64,000 nt of DNA from the human T2T-CHM13v2.0 reference genome, Homo sapiens. The stretch's first letter is position 1, and the number at the start of each line of letters is the position of its first letter. The translations under genes were made by a program, and so were the position numbers. Below are positions 25,318 to 38,708 of this stretch, in pieces. The DNA lies in NCBI RefSeq assembly GCF_009914755.1, contig NC_060929.1; one strand, 5' to 3'. The notes under the pieces were generated by a model, which did not search any database, was not told the origin of the DNA, and was given only the letters and a program-made list of their open reading frames with translations.

Positions 25318-25699
25318 AACTTCAGAAAATGATATTCTAGTTCTACTGCTGTGGCTCTGAATTTCTCAGGTCTCTTTATAATTCTATTTCTACTTCATAC
25401 TTTGAAATTCTATGGGTTTATTACTGATTATTTTCTAAGTAGATCATTTCTATCTGAGTAGCTTACAACCTTGAGCACCACAGTCCACCCCTTGGGCCAT
25501 GCAGATCTACTTCTCCATGAGAGTTTGAAGAGCAGTAACTCTGTATTTACCTTGAGCCCCTTTTCCTGAGAAGGAAACAAACTGCATATTGAAAGCCAAA
25601 GGATTTATAGAAAATTGTTAACAAACTAAGTAATAGATCATTCTTACTTTAAATCCATTATTTCAGTGACTAAAATAAAAGGAATACAAACACTACCAG

Positions 25700-26200
25700 T
25701 ATTAATAAGCATTAGATTCAGCTGTATATGCCTAAAAACCTTAAAGACACAGCAGCTTAAACAAGATAGAAGTTCATTACGTACAAATACACATACACTT
25801 TTCATGGCTGGCATGCCAGGCCAACTTTACAGTGTCTTCAGACAGCCAGGTTCTAATCTTTTTCCACCACCATCTTCAGTATATGGGCTTCCATTTTCAA
25901 GATCATATTATGGCTCAATATGGCTGGCGGAGCTCTAACAATCATATCCAATGTGCCACACACAGAAGGAAAGGAGAAGACTTAAAGTCCACACTTTCTC
26001 TTTTAAGAGACCTTCCTAGAGATCTCTTGTAGCCCTTCTGTTTATATCTCTTTGACTAGACCCAAAGCCATTATATCACGCTTCAATATTGTCCATGCAT
26101 AACGTCATGAGAAGCATTTCACATAAGAGCACAACAGCCCTCCTGGAGCTAATGGCATGGTCACACCTAGGTAAGAGTGAGCAGAAAATATGCTGGAATA
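25700..26200 (-). mobile_element. MaLR LTR, MLT1J-like
   Basis: 'attagattcagctg..cagcagcttaaacaagatagaagttcatt..caatatggctggcggagctcta..ttttaagagaccttcctaga..cttctgtttatatctctttgactaga..ggtcacacctag'. Confidence 0.7.
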
Positions 26201-26870
26201 TCATCAGAGATCTCCTATCAAGAAAGAAAGAAAAAATACAGATTGAGAGAGATATTATGAAGTAAGTAGATCTCTCTGCTGTACTAATCAAATTATTTTC
26301 TGAAACTAGTAAAACTTTGATGCAAAGTTGATATTACTTAGTTGTTAACAAAATCAAAACTGAACAGGACATACAAGAAAAGGAAATGTAGATACATTAT
26401 ACTAATGAAAATGCATGCAAATAAAATATGAGGAAAACAAATCTATCTCATAGTAAATAACAATAAATAATATGGCTTTACCAGTGAAGGTTTGTCCTAA
26501 GAATTCAAGCACCAATAATAAAACTCACCTCATTAAGTGATTAAATGATATGAACCATGAGATAATTTTAATATATACAGAATTTTGGGGTTAAAATAAA
26601 AGTGATTAATCTTTAAAAATATTTGCAAACTATGATTAGGAAGTGTTAAAGGATCTCTATTAAAAACCTATAACAGACATTATACTTAATGGTTAAACTT
26701 GAAAGCACCCCCATTAAAAGACAGATAAAATTAAATATACCAGTTGACACAATTCAACATTTTTACAAAAGCTCTAGCAAAGGTACAAATATGAAAAAGA
26801 GGAATAAGAATTTAAAAGAGAAAATGTTTAATAATTTCTGTTTGATATGATTATATACATATGAAATAGA

Positions 26871-27172
26871 ATCCTAAGTGAAGAAACTCAGAAATGGAAA
26901 ACCAAACACTGCATGTTCTCATTTATAAATGAGGACTAAGCTATGGGTATGCAAAGGCATGCAGAGTGGTGTAACAGACATTAGAGACTCAGAAGGGGAA
27001 GGGGTGACAGATGAAAAATTACTTATTGGGTACGACGTATACTATTTACACTAAAAGCCCAGACTTCTCCTCTATACCATTCATCTATGTAACCAAAAAC
27101 CACTGTACCCCTAAAGCTATTGAAATGAAAGAAGGAAAGGAAAGGAAAGGAAGAAAGAAAGAGAAAGAAAGA
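26871..27172 (+). mobile_element. L1PB3/L1PB4 3' end
   Basis: 'aactcagaaatggaaaaccaaacactgcatgttctca..ctatgggtatgcaaaggcatgcagagtgg..tgtaaccaaaaaccactgtacccctaaagctattgaaat' plus a GA-rich tail. Confidence 0.9.
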
Positions 27173-28489
27173 AGCTCTAAAGATGAGTTGTGAGAACTAA
27201 AGTGAAAATTTAGTAACTGTGCTGGAATCTAGGACCAACATTCAAAAATCAAGAGTACCTCCTTAGGAACCCATTAACACCCAATATAATAATTTATCAA
27301 AGAAAGCATACCATTGATAATAGCAACATATATTTTAAGATAAATATACATAAATATAACTAAAAATGCATAATACATGAATAAATTTTAATATTTTATT
27401 TTAAAATCATAACTTTTTAAAAGCCTGAATTAATAAAATATAAGATGCTCATGATGGGAAGACTTAATGTTTAAGGACTACTTTTTCCCCAAACTATAAA
27501 ATTAATGTACTTCAAGGAAATGCCCATGTATTTCTCCTTATCATTAACATGACAAGCTAATTTGAAAATTCAGATGGAGGAGTAAGGGCCAAGGCAATCT
27601 TGAAGAACAATAAGGAGAGATAATTTCCCTAGGAGACATTAAGACATATCAAAAAGTTATAGCAGTTATGACATTCCAGATGATAGTATAGACATATAGA
27701 CAAATGGGTCAAAATAGAGGACTCAGAAATAGAATCATACTTAATTAGGAAATTATTATTTGAGAAAGATAGAAAAATTATTATATATTCACTAATTGAT
27801 GATGGGACCATTGTCTATTCATATTGAAAAATTAAATACATTCCTACCTTGCACAAGAACAAAAATAAAATTAGGTAAAGACCTAAATTTGAAAGGGAAA
27901 ATTTTGAATTTTTTAGAAAGAAATAGAAGAGAATGTCTTTATGACCTTGGGATAGAGAACGCTTCCTTAGGTATGGTTCAAACACCCCTTACACAAAGAA
28001 AATTACTGATAAATTTTACTACATTGAACTATTCTTCAGTACGACACCAGAAGCAAAGTTAAAGGTAAGTTACATGCTGGAAGAAGGTATCTGAAAAATG
28101 TAGAAGCAACAAAAAGACAGTATCTAGAATACAAAGAATAAACATAAGATTAAAAATGGGTAAATGTTATAAAAAAGTAGTTCACAGAGCAGACAACTAG
28201 AATGATTCCTATATATATACTCATATGCATAGATAGATCTAACCTCATTTGGAATCAAATAAAACTGAAGCAATGATGTCATATCCATGATGTTAGCATA
28301 TATTTTAAAAGTGTGAGAACACACCAATTGTTTGCAAGGATGGAGGAAATTTGAGTTTCCAGATGCTGCTTTTGGGAATTTAAATTGGTACAATTATTTG
28401 AAGAGTATTTTGATAGTATCTAACAAAGTTGAACAACAGAAGAATGCTTCCAACCCAAGAATTCTACTTGTTGGTTTACATCCTAAAGG

Positions 28490-29054
28490 AGTTTCCTATT
28501 GACACTCCAGGGTGCAGGACCATGCCTTTGTTCAGTGCAGGATGTTCAGGTTTCTTGGCCCTTGGCCCCTGCCCCTCTATCCAGTAGCAACCTGTGTTGT
28601 GGGGTCCATTGTGTGCCTATCCCCTAATTCATATGGTGAAGTTGTAACCCCCAGTACCTCAGAATATGACTGTATTTGGAGAATAGGGTCTTAAAGAGGT
28701 ATTAAGTTAAACTAAGGTTATTAGGGTAAGGTCTGATCCAACATGACTGGTGTCCTTATAAGAGGAGGAGACAGGCACAGACATATTACAGACGGAAGAC
28801 CACGTGAAGACACAGAGAAGACAGCCTCTACAGCCACAGAGAGAGGCCTCGAAAGAAACCAATCCTGTAGACACCTTGATCTCGAAATTCTAGCCTCTAG
28901 AATTGGGAGAAAATAAATTTCTATTCTTTAATCTACCCCAGTTGTAGCACTTTGTTATGGCAGCCCTAGAAAACTAATACTTTGTCATCGAAAGAATGCT
29001 TCTTGCCTTTCCAAATGCTCCTGGGGTGGCACTGCCATGCTTGAGAAACTCTGC
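28490..29054 (+). mobile_element. MER20-like hAT element split by MLT1B
   Basis: Left part 'cagtgcaggatgttcagg..ttggccc..ccagtagcaacc'; right part 'tttccaaatgctcctggggtggca..ttgagaaactctg'. Confidence 0.6.
28595..28981 (+). mobile_element. MLT1B solo LTR (MaLR)
   Basis: 'tgttgtgggg..aattcatatggtgaagttgtaacccccagtacctcagaatatgactgtatttggaga..cactttgttatggcagccctagaaaactaatac'. Confidence 0.92.
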
Positions 29055-30759
29055 TATAAATGATTCCTATCACAGCACATGTACACTAAAAAAACATGAT
29101 TTTTATTATAGCTGTTAAAATGAACAAACTCAATTGTATATGTTTCATAACTGAGAAATCATCCAAACATAAGACTGGATAAAAAAAAATAAGATGCAGT
29201 AGTATAACATATATAGCATGTTATCATTTATGTAAGGTGTAAACATGAAGAAAAACTCTACGTGTTGTAAATCTATAAACATCTGGCAAAATATAAACAC
29301 CTAGGTGGGGAGTACTTGTACCGACTCTGGATTTCTGGTTACCTCTGGGATGAGGGAGAAGAGAATGGGGTGAAGAGCAGGCTTAGGAGGACTCCAAAGG
29401 GGCCTAACTGCTTCTGCAGAATTTTATTGCTTTTAGAAAAATGTAAAGCAAATATGGCAACATTTTGACATTTGTTAAATCTTGATAGTAGGTAAGTGAG
29501 TCTGTGTTAAGTTATTCTCTTTAGTTTTCTGAATGTCTTAAATCTTTCAAAAAAAAACCAAGAAAGAGGTAATTCTATATTTTGTTATTATAAAACAATC
29601 CAGATTTAGAAACACAGCTTCCTTCCCATCGAGGAATTTACTTTTAAATTATAGGTAATAGCTGGGAAATTTTGGAAGTTATTTGGGGGATACGGTTTGT
29701 TGCATCTCCCCTCATTTACTCCTTCCCCTTTGTTTGAACTCCAGCTAATCCAGCAATTCATGTGCTTGCATTCTCTGCAGCTGTGCACTAATTCTAGACT
29801 AAACCCCTCAAATTAGCAATGGATAATAATACACTAATTAAAACTGGAACACAAAGCAGTTTTTCCAGAAGCTATGTGAAAAAACTCACTGATTATTATC
29901 TGTGTATACTATAACAATTTTAGAGGCTCATTACTGAAGCTTAGAAGGAAATACACTGAGATAAACATGTTCAGAGTTGCTTCTTGAGTAATATTGATTT
30001 TACTTCTCAGCTTTGGAATGTGCACAAATGTCACTATTTCTGTATCTCCTGCCTCTTCCTACCAAAAAAAAAAAACAAAAAAAGCTCCAGAACAAATACC
30101 TCAAAACAACATAATAACCACAACAAAGTAAAATAGATAATACATTTAGAAAAAACTTAGTATTTGGAGTACAAAATGATCTCCTCAAGGCTATTTACTT
30201 ATGGATTGTAAACCAATTTGACATTTGCCTGGTCCCAAGTAGATGAAATGATATGAGTTTCCTTCTTAAAATTAAGTAATTCTAAGTTACATTAGTTCTT
30301 TAAATTATTGAGCAATAAAGATAACTGAAAGTATGTATTTCTCTGTCTTAAGACAGATGAATAACTCTGAAAGCCCTTAAATATTTAGAATTATGGAGTG
30401 CTTATATCCTTGCTAAACCAAAATAAAATGACATATGACTTAGCCATATAATATTATACTTAGTTATCTGATCATTATATTATAACGGACTTAAAAATAC
30501 TTAGAATTAACAAAGTTTATGCTTGTTATTATGTTATATATAAGAGTTTCCAGGTTCACTGAACTGCACCTCAAGAAACATATTGATGCATTCTCTAACT
30601 ACATTTAAATCACTGTGTGTACAAAACACTTCTTATTCTCTGAGCTTTAATAGCTATCTGTAACATAAAAATGTTAATATGCCTTTTCCACTCTTATTTT
30701 TTCTGTTCAAAACCGTTTAGGAGACTGGCTTCATTGATTATAAAATGATCTACAGGAGC

Positions 30760-31345
30760 CTCTGTTCTTGAAAGGAAGGGGAGAAGAGAGGAGAGAGAAG
30801 GAAGGGGAGAGAAGAGAGGAAGGGAGGAACTGGACAAGAGCTGTTTGAAGGAGTCCAGGTAAAAGAAGACTGTAGCTGGTACCACATTGTTAGTAGTTGA
30901 GGTAAGAAGAGCGAACAGACTGACGGATAGGATGGAGAAAGAACCAACAGGTCTGTGTGTTGCTGATATGTTTGTGTGGGTGTTGGGAAGTCATGAAGAA
31001 AGAAAATAGAGAAGCCTAGGATTCTTCTGAGACTTGCTTTGAACAAGTGGGTGGATATAAGTTATTTACCAATTTAGGAATGGTGAGTAAAGAGAAGTTT
31101 TGGTAATGTGTAAATAAAGAGCTGTGTTTTGACTTATTTGACACTCATTCGAGAGGTATTTTAAGCATTCATGTAGCAAAATCAACTAAGCAGTTGGATA
31201 TTTGGATTTGGAGTTATAGGAACAGGTACGGCTAGAACTCTAGATTTGGGAGTCATCAGTACAAGATGATATTTAAAACATGTGCTACTCATTAGGTCAC
31301 CCACAGAAAACCTGTAGATAGTGAAAAGAAAGCTCAATATGTCAA
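30760..31345 (-). mobile_element. L2 LINE fragment
   Basis: 'agtccaggtaaaagaagactgtagctgg..gaacaagtgggtggat..gcagttggatatttggatttggagt..agatttgggagtcatcagtacaagatgatatttaaaac'. Confidence 0.8.
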
Positions 31346-33782
31346 AGAACTATAATGTGACCATGCAGTGCCTAGATGAGAGTGGCTAAATTGGAAAGGA
31401 GTAAGATTGAATGGATCATATAGTGTGGCTTGCCCATTTAGCCACAGAGTCAGTGTCTAAACATCCTGACTTATTGAAGAATTTAGAAAAGCATGACTTT
31501 TCCATAAAATGATATTTATGGTCTCTCAATACAGAGGGGAACTTTTTCCTTGTGGACTTTAAATTTCCCTGAATTACATAACACCAGAGATCAGTGGTCC
31601 TAATTTTGAATCAATTTTGGCAATAATTTAGATGGATCTTGTACTATCCCTTTTCTGGCTTGCAGGAGACTTTGTGCCTTTTGAAGTAATATGGCTATTA
31701 TTTCTCTCTTGTCAAGTGTGCAATAGGTATTGCCACACATTAGTGAACCACTGAACCTAACCCATTGTATCTTTCTGTCATGTTAGCATTAATGGCAAGT
31801 GTGAGCAAGACCCCTGGGGAGGACAGGCTTTGAGGACAATTTGGATTAATATGCTAAATTATCTAAAATAAATAGGGACTCCATGTGTAATTTTCATTTC
31901 CTAAGCCCTGCAACAATTATAGTTATTCCACTGAAATGTCTGTAGCAATGAGATCAGTGACAAAAATAGTGCTTGAAAAACAAGAGCAGAAATGGCAAAC
32001 ATGTTATTTATTTGCTTAAATCCATTATAATGGGACTGGCAGTGTTAGTCTCATTAACAGAGGGACCTTTCTTTCCACACGCCAGCTGGAATAATAAAGG
32101 CAGCTATGTGACATTTAAAATGCAATTGCTCTGCTATCTGTAGATGATTCTGTTTCTGATACTTACTGATCACAGAGGAAAGAGATCTGGGTAGAATGTA
32201 AACCGTTTTGTTCATCATCTGCATTCCCAACAAATATAGCATTAGGGTTAAATGCTATAATATGGCAACAAGGATATGCTGAAAAAGTATTTATGTCAGA
32301 ATGCTTGAACATCTATTTGAAGCAATTCATGCAATTGTTCTTTTGCCATGTGACCAACCAAGAGTTGGTAGAAATACATCTGTTGTGTTTTTCTTGAATA
32401 GGCAAAAATAAATTATAATTAGGGAGATACTGCTTTGTGCACATAAATATACTGCATCTTTTGAAATTAGTTGTTCCAAACAAGTGAAAAGGATGCAGAT
32501 TTCCCTCTTTGAATACTTAGTGAATGCAGGCTCATTTTGATGCCTTTGTTTTAATGATGAAGTGATGATCTTGAATTGAAACATACCTGTAGAGGTTAGG
32601 CATCATGTGACAAAGTAAGTTTTGGGATAAATTTAAGAATCTGATTTATTCAAAATTCTTTGCATTAAGGATTTGTTTTAAACCTCAAATAGGCAAATAC
32701 TACTCAGTGATTTTCCATCCCTTCTTAACTGTTCCAACATGGATTCCAAAATGAGGGGTTTTAGGGGGGATTTTTGAGGATTCCATTTTCTCGGTCAGAT
32801 GAAAAAATTAGGAAACTCAGAGGCAAATAATGGCCTATATAATATATCACTTGGGTGGCCAAGCTTCTCCAGACCTCCAAGGTTCAGGCTAGAATTTTAA
32901 TGGGTTCCCATCTCACTTGACCCAATTCATCTGTTTCCACTAGGTATCTTTATCCTTTACACACTAAAACCATGGAATGAACTGTAAATCATCAGATTAT
33001 AAATTTTTATTCTGACGTTTTTAGGAACTACATTTATTCCACTTTTCTGTGTATGTAATGAGGTCTTGCTAGTTTTTTATTTTAGAGGCAAACAGCTATG
33101 CAATTTTGACTCATATGCATAGTAACAAAGCAGGAATATAAGTCCAGTTTTCTATGTAAAAAGCTATACTCCAATATTATTAGGATTATGAGGAGTATAT
33201 AGTTTTTTAATCCCTCTCTCTCCCCTCTTATATATATACACACACACACAAATACACACCACTTACACTCAGTATTGCTGAAATTAAAAGTTAGATAGAA
33301 TGCCTCAAAAGTAAGATAAAAAAGAAAAGCAAATAGCATTATTAAGAAATGAGCAGAAAGAGACTACCTAAAAGAAGAGAGTGTCTCTCATTCTCCAAAG
33401 CCTTTCTCTCTCATCCTATCTCCATACTAAGATTAAGAGATCATTAGGGGTCCATTTCATCCCCTTTGATGGATCAATTTCATTCGTCCAACAAACCACA
33501 TACAGCTGACTCTGGATTGAAAAGCATCTGCTGGAGCCAAATTCCTGAGGCTTATTTTCCCAGAAACCGGTTGGAGAGGATGCTTCCTACCATAGAAAAT
33601 CACAATAAACTATGCTCCCCTTGTGAATATTCACAACACATAGCTACTAAAAGCTCTAAAAAGCTCTGCTGTAAACCCTTTTAACTACTTCTAACATAGA
33701 GTTTCTTAAATATATCTCACCAGAGAGCCTTTAAAAAATTACTCCTTATTAACATCTACCAAGCTAAATGTTGGACTGGAAT

Positions 33783-33957
33783 CGTGATTCTCAAACTTTA
33801 AATTAGGATAAGAATCAACTGGGTACATGTTGGGTACTTGTTAGAATCTTAAAGTCCCGGGGTCTACTTTCGCAAAGTCAAAAAGCCTCATTTCCAGCAA
33901 GCATTCAGGTGGATTCTGATGAAAGATGTCCATAGACCACAATTTAAGACACACCAT
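33783..33957. mobile_element. MER5A/B (hAT-Charlie)
   Basis: 'gtgattctcaaacttt..taagaatcaactggg..cttgttagaat..caagcattcaggtggattctgatg..ccatagaccacaatttaagacacac'. Confidence 0.7.
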
Positions 33958-34174
33958 CCTGAAAACTAAACTGAGGTACTCTTAGTAAAAGTCAATGCTG
34001 AGGTAGGCTCTGACCATGTAACCACACTGGTCTTTACTGGGCAATATGGGAGCCATTCTTATTCTACTCAGAATTACACTCTGTGTTACAAAAGGAATTA
34101 TTCCCGATGGCAAGAATGTACCTTCAAGGAATGGTGGCCTCCCTTAGGCTGGTTGGTCCCGGCCCCCCAGTTAT

Positions 34175-34560
34175 GCTTTCAACAAACATTTGTCATTTAC
34201 CTTCTACGTGTTTTACAGTTTACATATTCAATCAAATTGTACTCGAATGGCATTGTACATGATCAGTAATATGCAGGAGATGCACAATGCCAGAGAAAAG
34301 CAGAAATGGCATGCCACTTCTGGATATGGTGTGATAAAGGAAGTCTTTACAAAGGAGGTAAAACAGAAACCGTCTTGATTTTAGCAGACTGAGCTAAGAG
34401 GAAATGTCTTCAGGCCTAGGGACTATGTGAGCGTATAGTGTGTACTAGGGAAAATATGGGTCAGGGCTCATTTAGAGTAACAGTAGATGTGAGAGAAGCC
34501 TGGAAAAGCAGTTTGATGGCAGATTGTAGAGAGGCAATAATTTTCTCTGGAATATTTGCT
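34175..34560 (-). mobile_element. L2 3' fragment
   Basis: 'ttcaacaaacatttgtcatttacc..tgataaaggaagtctttacaaaggaggtaa..gaagcctggaaaagcagtttgatggcagattgtagagagg'. Confidence 0.55.
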
Positions 34561-36167
34561 AGACAGTGAGAATTTGGTAGAAGACGGGATTTTAGGTCTC
34601 TATTGAGATTAATGTGATTATTGAATTTAAATACAGAGATATATGAGAATTGTGCAGAGCATTCCTAAGATAAAGGGGGTAGTTACTCTGTATGTTACCA
34701 AATGATACTGTTCTCAGTGATTTAAAAGAACAGGAGAAGGAAAAGTTAGACCACTAGTATTTTTCTACTCAGGTTTAAATTGAAAAACTATGGATTAGGT
34801 AACTCCTTGAGAACCTTTCCTGTCTCTTTGGCATATGAATAGCTATCTTTATGATGTGGTTCTTCTTGAGGATGTGAAATGTCTCTGATATAGCAGATTA
34901 AATGTCCTCCGAATATTTATTTATTAAAAACCTTGTGTGTATAAAGAGTGGGACTCAATACAGAACTAGCATTGCAACAAATGATCTATTAAAATTAAAG
35001 ATTTTTAATTTTAGGCACAATGAAGTGTTATATTCTGTCTACTGTGTTTTAATTTTAGGAATTCTTTTTAATGCAGTGAATTATTCTACTGTTTGAGGAT
35101 CTAAATATAAAATTCAGTGATATTCATGAAAATCTAATTCTAAGGCAATGAATATAGTGGAAATGCAAAGTACAATAAAACTTGATAGAAAACTGAAACA
35201 CAGCCATTCTTTTGAGAGAAGATATGGAATAACAGTGGACCATATTGAAAGTATAATCACTAAGACCGCTTGGTGTACTAAAATCGACAGTTGATTAGAA
35301 TGAATAATTAGGAAATACACTGACTTTTATTTTGCAAATAAGACTTGGAAATTATTAAATCATGGATTCATATTTTAGATACTAGAACATATATATTTTA
35401 TGATAGATACAAAAAAGCACAGTTTACATCCTGGGAAATGAGCTAGTGATGTGTAATTAAAATAATACCTATCAATATAGCTCTAGCTAAGTGGCTGATA
35501 GTTTTTAGCTATTATGCAGTCTACTGCTGAGAAATTGATTAGGTAATTGCAGAATGGATCTAATTCAATTGCTGATTGAAATAATAAAATGAACTGTTTC
35601 CTGAGCTGGTCATACTGATGATCTTTTAACCAAATTAATTGGGTTATGCATTAATTACCAATTGTTTTACACTCCAACCCTCTACCTCCATCACATACAC
35701 ACAATAGATCTACTTGGTTTTCTAGATTCAATCTTGGTTCTTAGAAAATATACTTCATCTTGAAAGAAGATACGGCACATTTGGAAATATAGGTGGGCCT
35801 TGGAGCCCTGCATAGTAAACATGGATATGATTATAAAGCACTGAGCTTACCACCTGTTACAGATTAAGAACAATCATTATTAGCTATTGCTATTAATATT
35901 TTCCTTAAAGAAAAAGTTATGTGACAAAACAAAGCAATTTGGTTAAATATAGAAAATTGGATTTTAAGAGCCACCTATTCTAGGAAACCTGTTCGGCTTG
36001 TTCACATCTACTTTCCTTCCAATTCCTTTATACAACACAAATAAGAAAAACCAACATAGGTCAAGATCAAAGAATCCCGCTAACACACCCAATCAGTGCA
36101 AGTATATACTCAGCAAACATTTCCTCTCCCTGTGTATGCGATGGTTTGGCTGCTCACTCACAGTAAG

Positions 36168-36400
36168 ACAGTAGAGGGTAATGGTATAAATATGGGCTCC
36201 GGAATCAGACTGCCTGAATTTGAACCCTGGCTTCTCTGTTTATCAGAAAATTACCTAATTCTTCTGGGCTTCAATTTCCGTTTTTGAAAAACAGAGATAA
36301 AATAGTACCTTACATGATGGTTGTGAGGACTAAATTAAAATTAGCCTTGGACATAATAATTACTCATAAAATGTTAACTTATTATGTTTATTATTATTAT
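36168..36400 (+). mobile_element. MIR SINE
   Basis: 'atgggctccggaatcagactgcctgaatttgaaccctggct..ttacctaattcttctgggcttcaatttcc..aatagtacctt..ggttgtgaggactaaat'. Confidence 0.85.
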
Positions 36401-38040
36401 AATGCTTTTTCTTCAGAAAATATATGTTTGGAATATGATGTTATGAATCCATAGTATTCATGAATTTTCTCTTCGACCAGATATAAACATTCCTTACTCT
36501 TCAAGTTAGATTTTTATCAAGGAAAAGTGAAGCTGAGGAATAAGCAAATTCTGAATGATTTTTGTCCCCGTAATTATTTAACATTGCTAATTCAAAGCCA
36601 AATTTTGAAACTGGAGCCTGAAATAAAGGTATTTTGAGAGGTCTTTATATGAAGTATGTATGAAAATCTCAGGAAAGGTAGAAACAAACAAAAGGTGTGA
36701 AATCAACATCAAATACCCACAACTTAGAAAAATTAAACTTTCCATGACTAAATTTTAAAAACTGGCTTTTATTCATAGTTTAAATATTATTAAAAGAAAT
36801 GCGTACTTTACAATAGATTTTTCTAATTTTCCTTTGACCAATGTGACATTTTGAGCAGTTACTTTGATATGTAGATATCTCTGCATATAAGGATGATGGG
36901 AATGTGTCACCTATAATAGGATTTGATTATTTCAAATAAAATTTCAACATGTATGCATTTATCCTTTAGATTACTTCAATGAAAATATGAGAAAGAAGTA
37001 TGTAATTTTGTCCTAAAGAACCAGTAAAAAATCCACCTCAGCTTGCTTTAAAATCTCTCTTCAAGTTATTTTCTTATTTGACAACTAAATCAAACAACCA
37101 GTCCTCTTACTTTCTTTGATCTAAACAATTTTACAGAGGCTACCTTGCAAATGTCCCAAGAGATGAGCCTGCTCACAGTGAAAAATGTACTCAGCAGGAA
37201 ATTCGCTTAATGATAATGATTATTCTTCTATGTAATGGACATTTCATTGTCAGTAAAGTGTAATATTATTCTGTTGAAAGCTTTACATATGCAGCCAGCT
37301 CCAAAGACACACTAGTTTAACCTGCGTATCTCATTTTCCAGTTCTATCATTTGTCTTTTTGCATATTCAGTGAAAACCTTTCATGCTTGATACATGGATT
37401 GCTTTATGCTAACGTTGTTGCTTTTATGAAAAAATCTCCATAGCTTGTATGGATATATGGATTCATGAATACATTTCACATGATATCTGGTTGTAGAAGG
37501 TGGCATCTATTGTTTTGCCATGTGTGAGTGTATGGCTAGAGATTACTACTTTTAATTAAGCAGTGAATTACCACATTCTACTTTTTACAATTGCAAAGTT
37601 TTAACATGGGCAAGTTTTCCAGTCAGTAGTGGTTCGAGACACCACTACAGTATTTGGATGGCTGACTAAAAGGTCTCTCTTAGACACACACACAAAATCT
37701 CTGTATAGGTTTTACAGGATCTGCAATGCCACAAAACGTCTTTGTTTGTGTGTTTAGCATTAATGGCCTGCTTTCTCTTCAAAATATAAATACTCTGGAA
37801 CACAAAATTGTGTCACCTCCACTTTCAGAAGTTGTTCCCCCAAAGCAAGCAAGCCCCAAGCTACATGACTGTCCGCTTCATCAGTCAGAGGTACTGAAAT
37901 AAGGCGAAAGGCTAAAGGAGAATTAATACGTGAGAATCTCTGAGCCCCGAAAGCGAACCTAGAATTCTTCCCAATTAAAACGTTAAGCAGAGGGGTACAC
38001 TTAGGACCTGATTAAGAAATGGATAATGTATTCCTATGTA

Positions 38041-38400
38041 CAGTAGCCCCCCCTCCCCAGTCCATTTACTCCTTGTTTCATTTTCTGTGGTTTCAACTTC
38101 TGCAGTCAACCATAGTCCAAAATTCTTAAATGGAAAATTTCAGAAATAAATAATTCATAAGTTTTAAATTGTGCACCATTCTGGGTGGAGCTAAAATTTC
38201 ACGCCATGCCATGCCCCATCCCGCCCAGAACGTGAATCTTCCCTTGACCAGTGTATCTACATTTAGATGATCCCCACCCATTAGTCACAGTTATCAGATT
38301 TAAAAAATATAATATGTATAGGGTTTGGTACCATATGCAGTTTCAGGAATCCACTGGGAGTCTTGGAATGTATGCCCTGCAGACAAGAGAGGGACTGTTG
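38041..38400 (+). mobile_element. MER44A (TcMar-Tigger), full length
   Basis: Termini cagtag.. and ..gggactgttg with TA on both sides (38039-40, 38401-02); internal 'aaatggaaaatttcagaaataaataattcataagttttaaattg'. Confidence 0.9.
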
Positions 38401-38708
38401 TATAAAGATAGACAAGGGAAATATAGGCAATTTATTAGTGTGTAAATATGCTACTCAAATCAGTATTTCTATTTCAGTAACATATAACCTCATGGGGATA
38501 TACTTACATACAAAGCACAAATATGTGAAATGTTCTTACTAAAGCACAGGTTTCATTATAACTTAGATACACCTATATCCCATATTTATGTAATTATATT
38601 TTAAGTCTCTTTAGTGTTTAGTGCACATATATAATGGGGTCATATATGTATATATGTGCATGAACATGTATTTTATATACACTACTGTTCAACACACACT
38701 ATTGATTC

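Larger units (their letters stand above)
26290..29557 (+). mobile_element. Old L1ME (ME3/ME4-like): ORF2 remnants plus 3' UTR, interrupted by L1PB, MER20 and MLT1B
   Basis: Sense ORF2 motifs ('aaacctataacagacattatacttaatggt', 'gacaagctaatttgaaaattcagatgga', 'gaatgtctttatgaccttggg') and the 3' end 'gcaaatatggcaacattttgacatttgttaaatcttg'. Confidence 0.8.

Noticed and set aside
32575-32602. Minus-strand 'ctaacctctacag|gtatgt' recursive-splice-like motif
   Set aside because: The pyrimidine tract is very short and the branch point is too close to the AG; weak without expression data.
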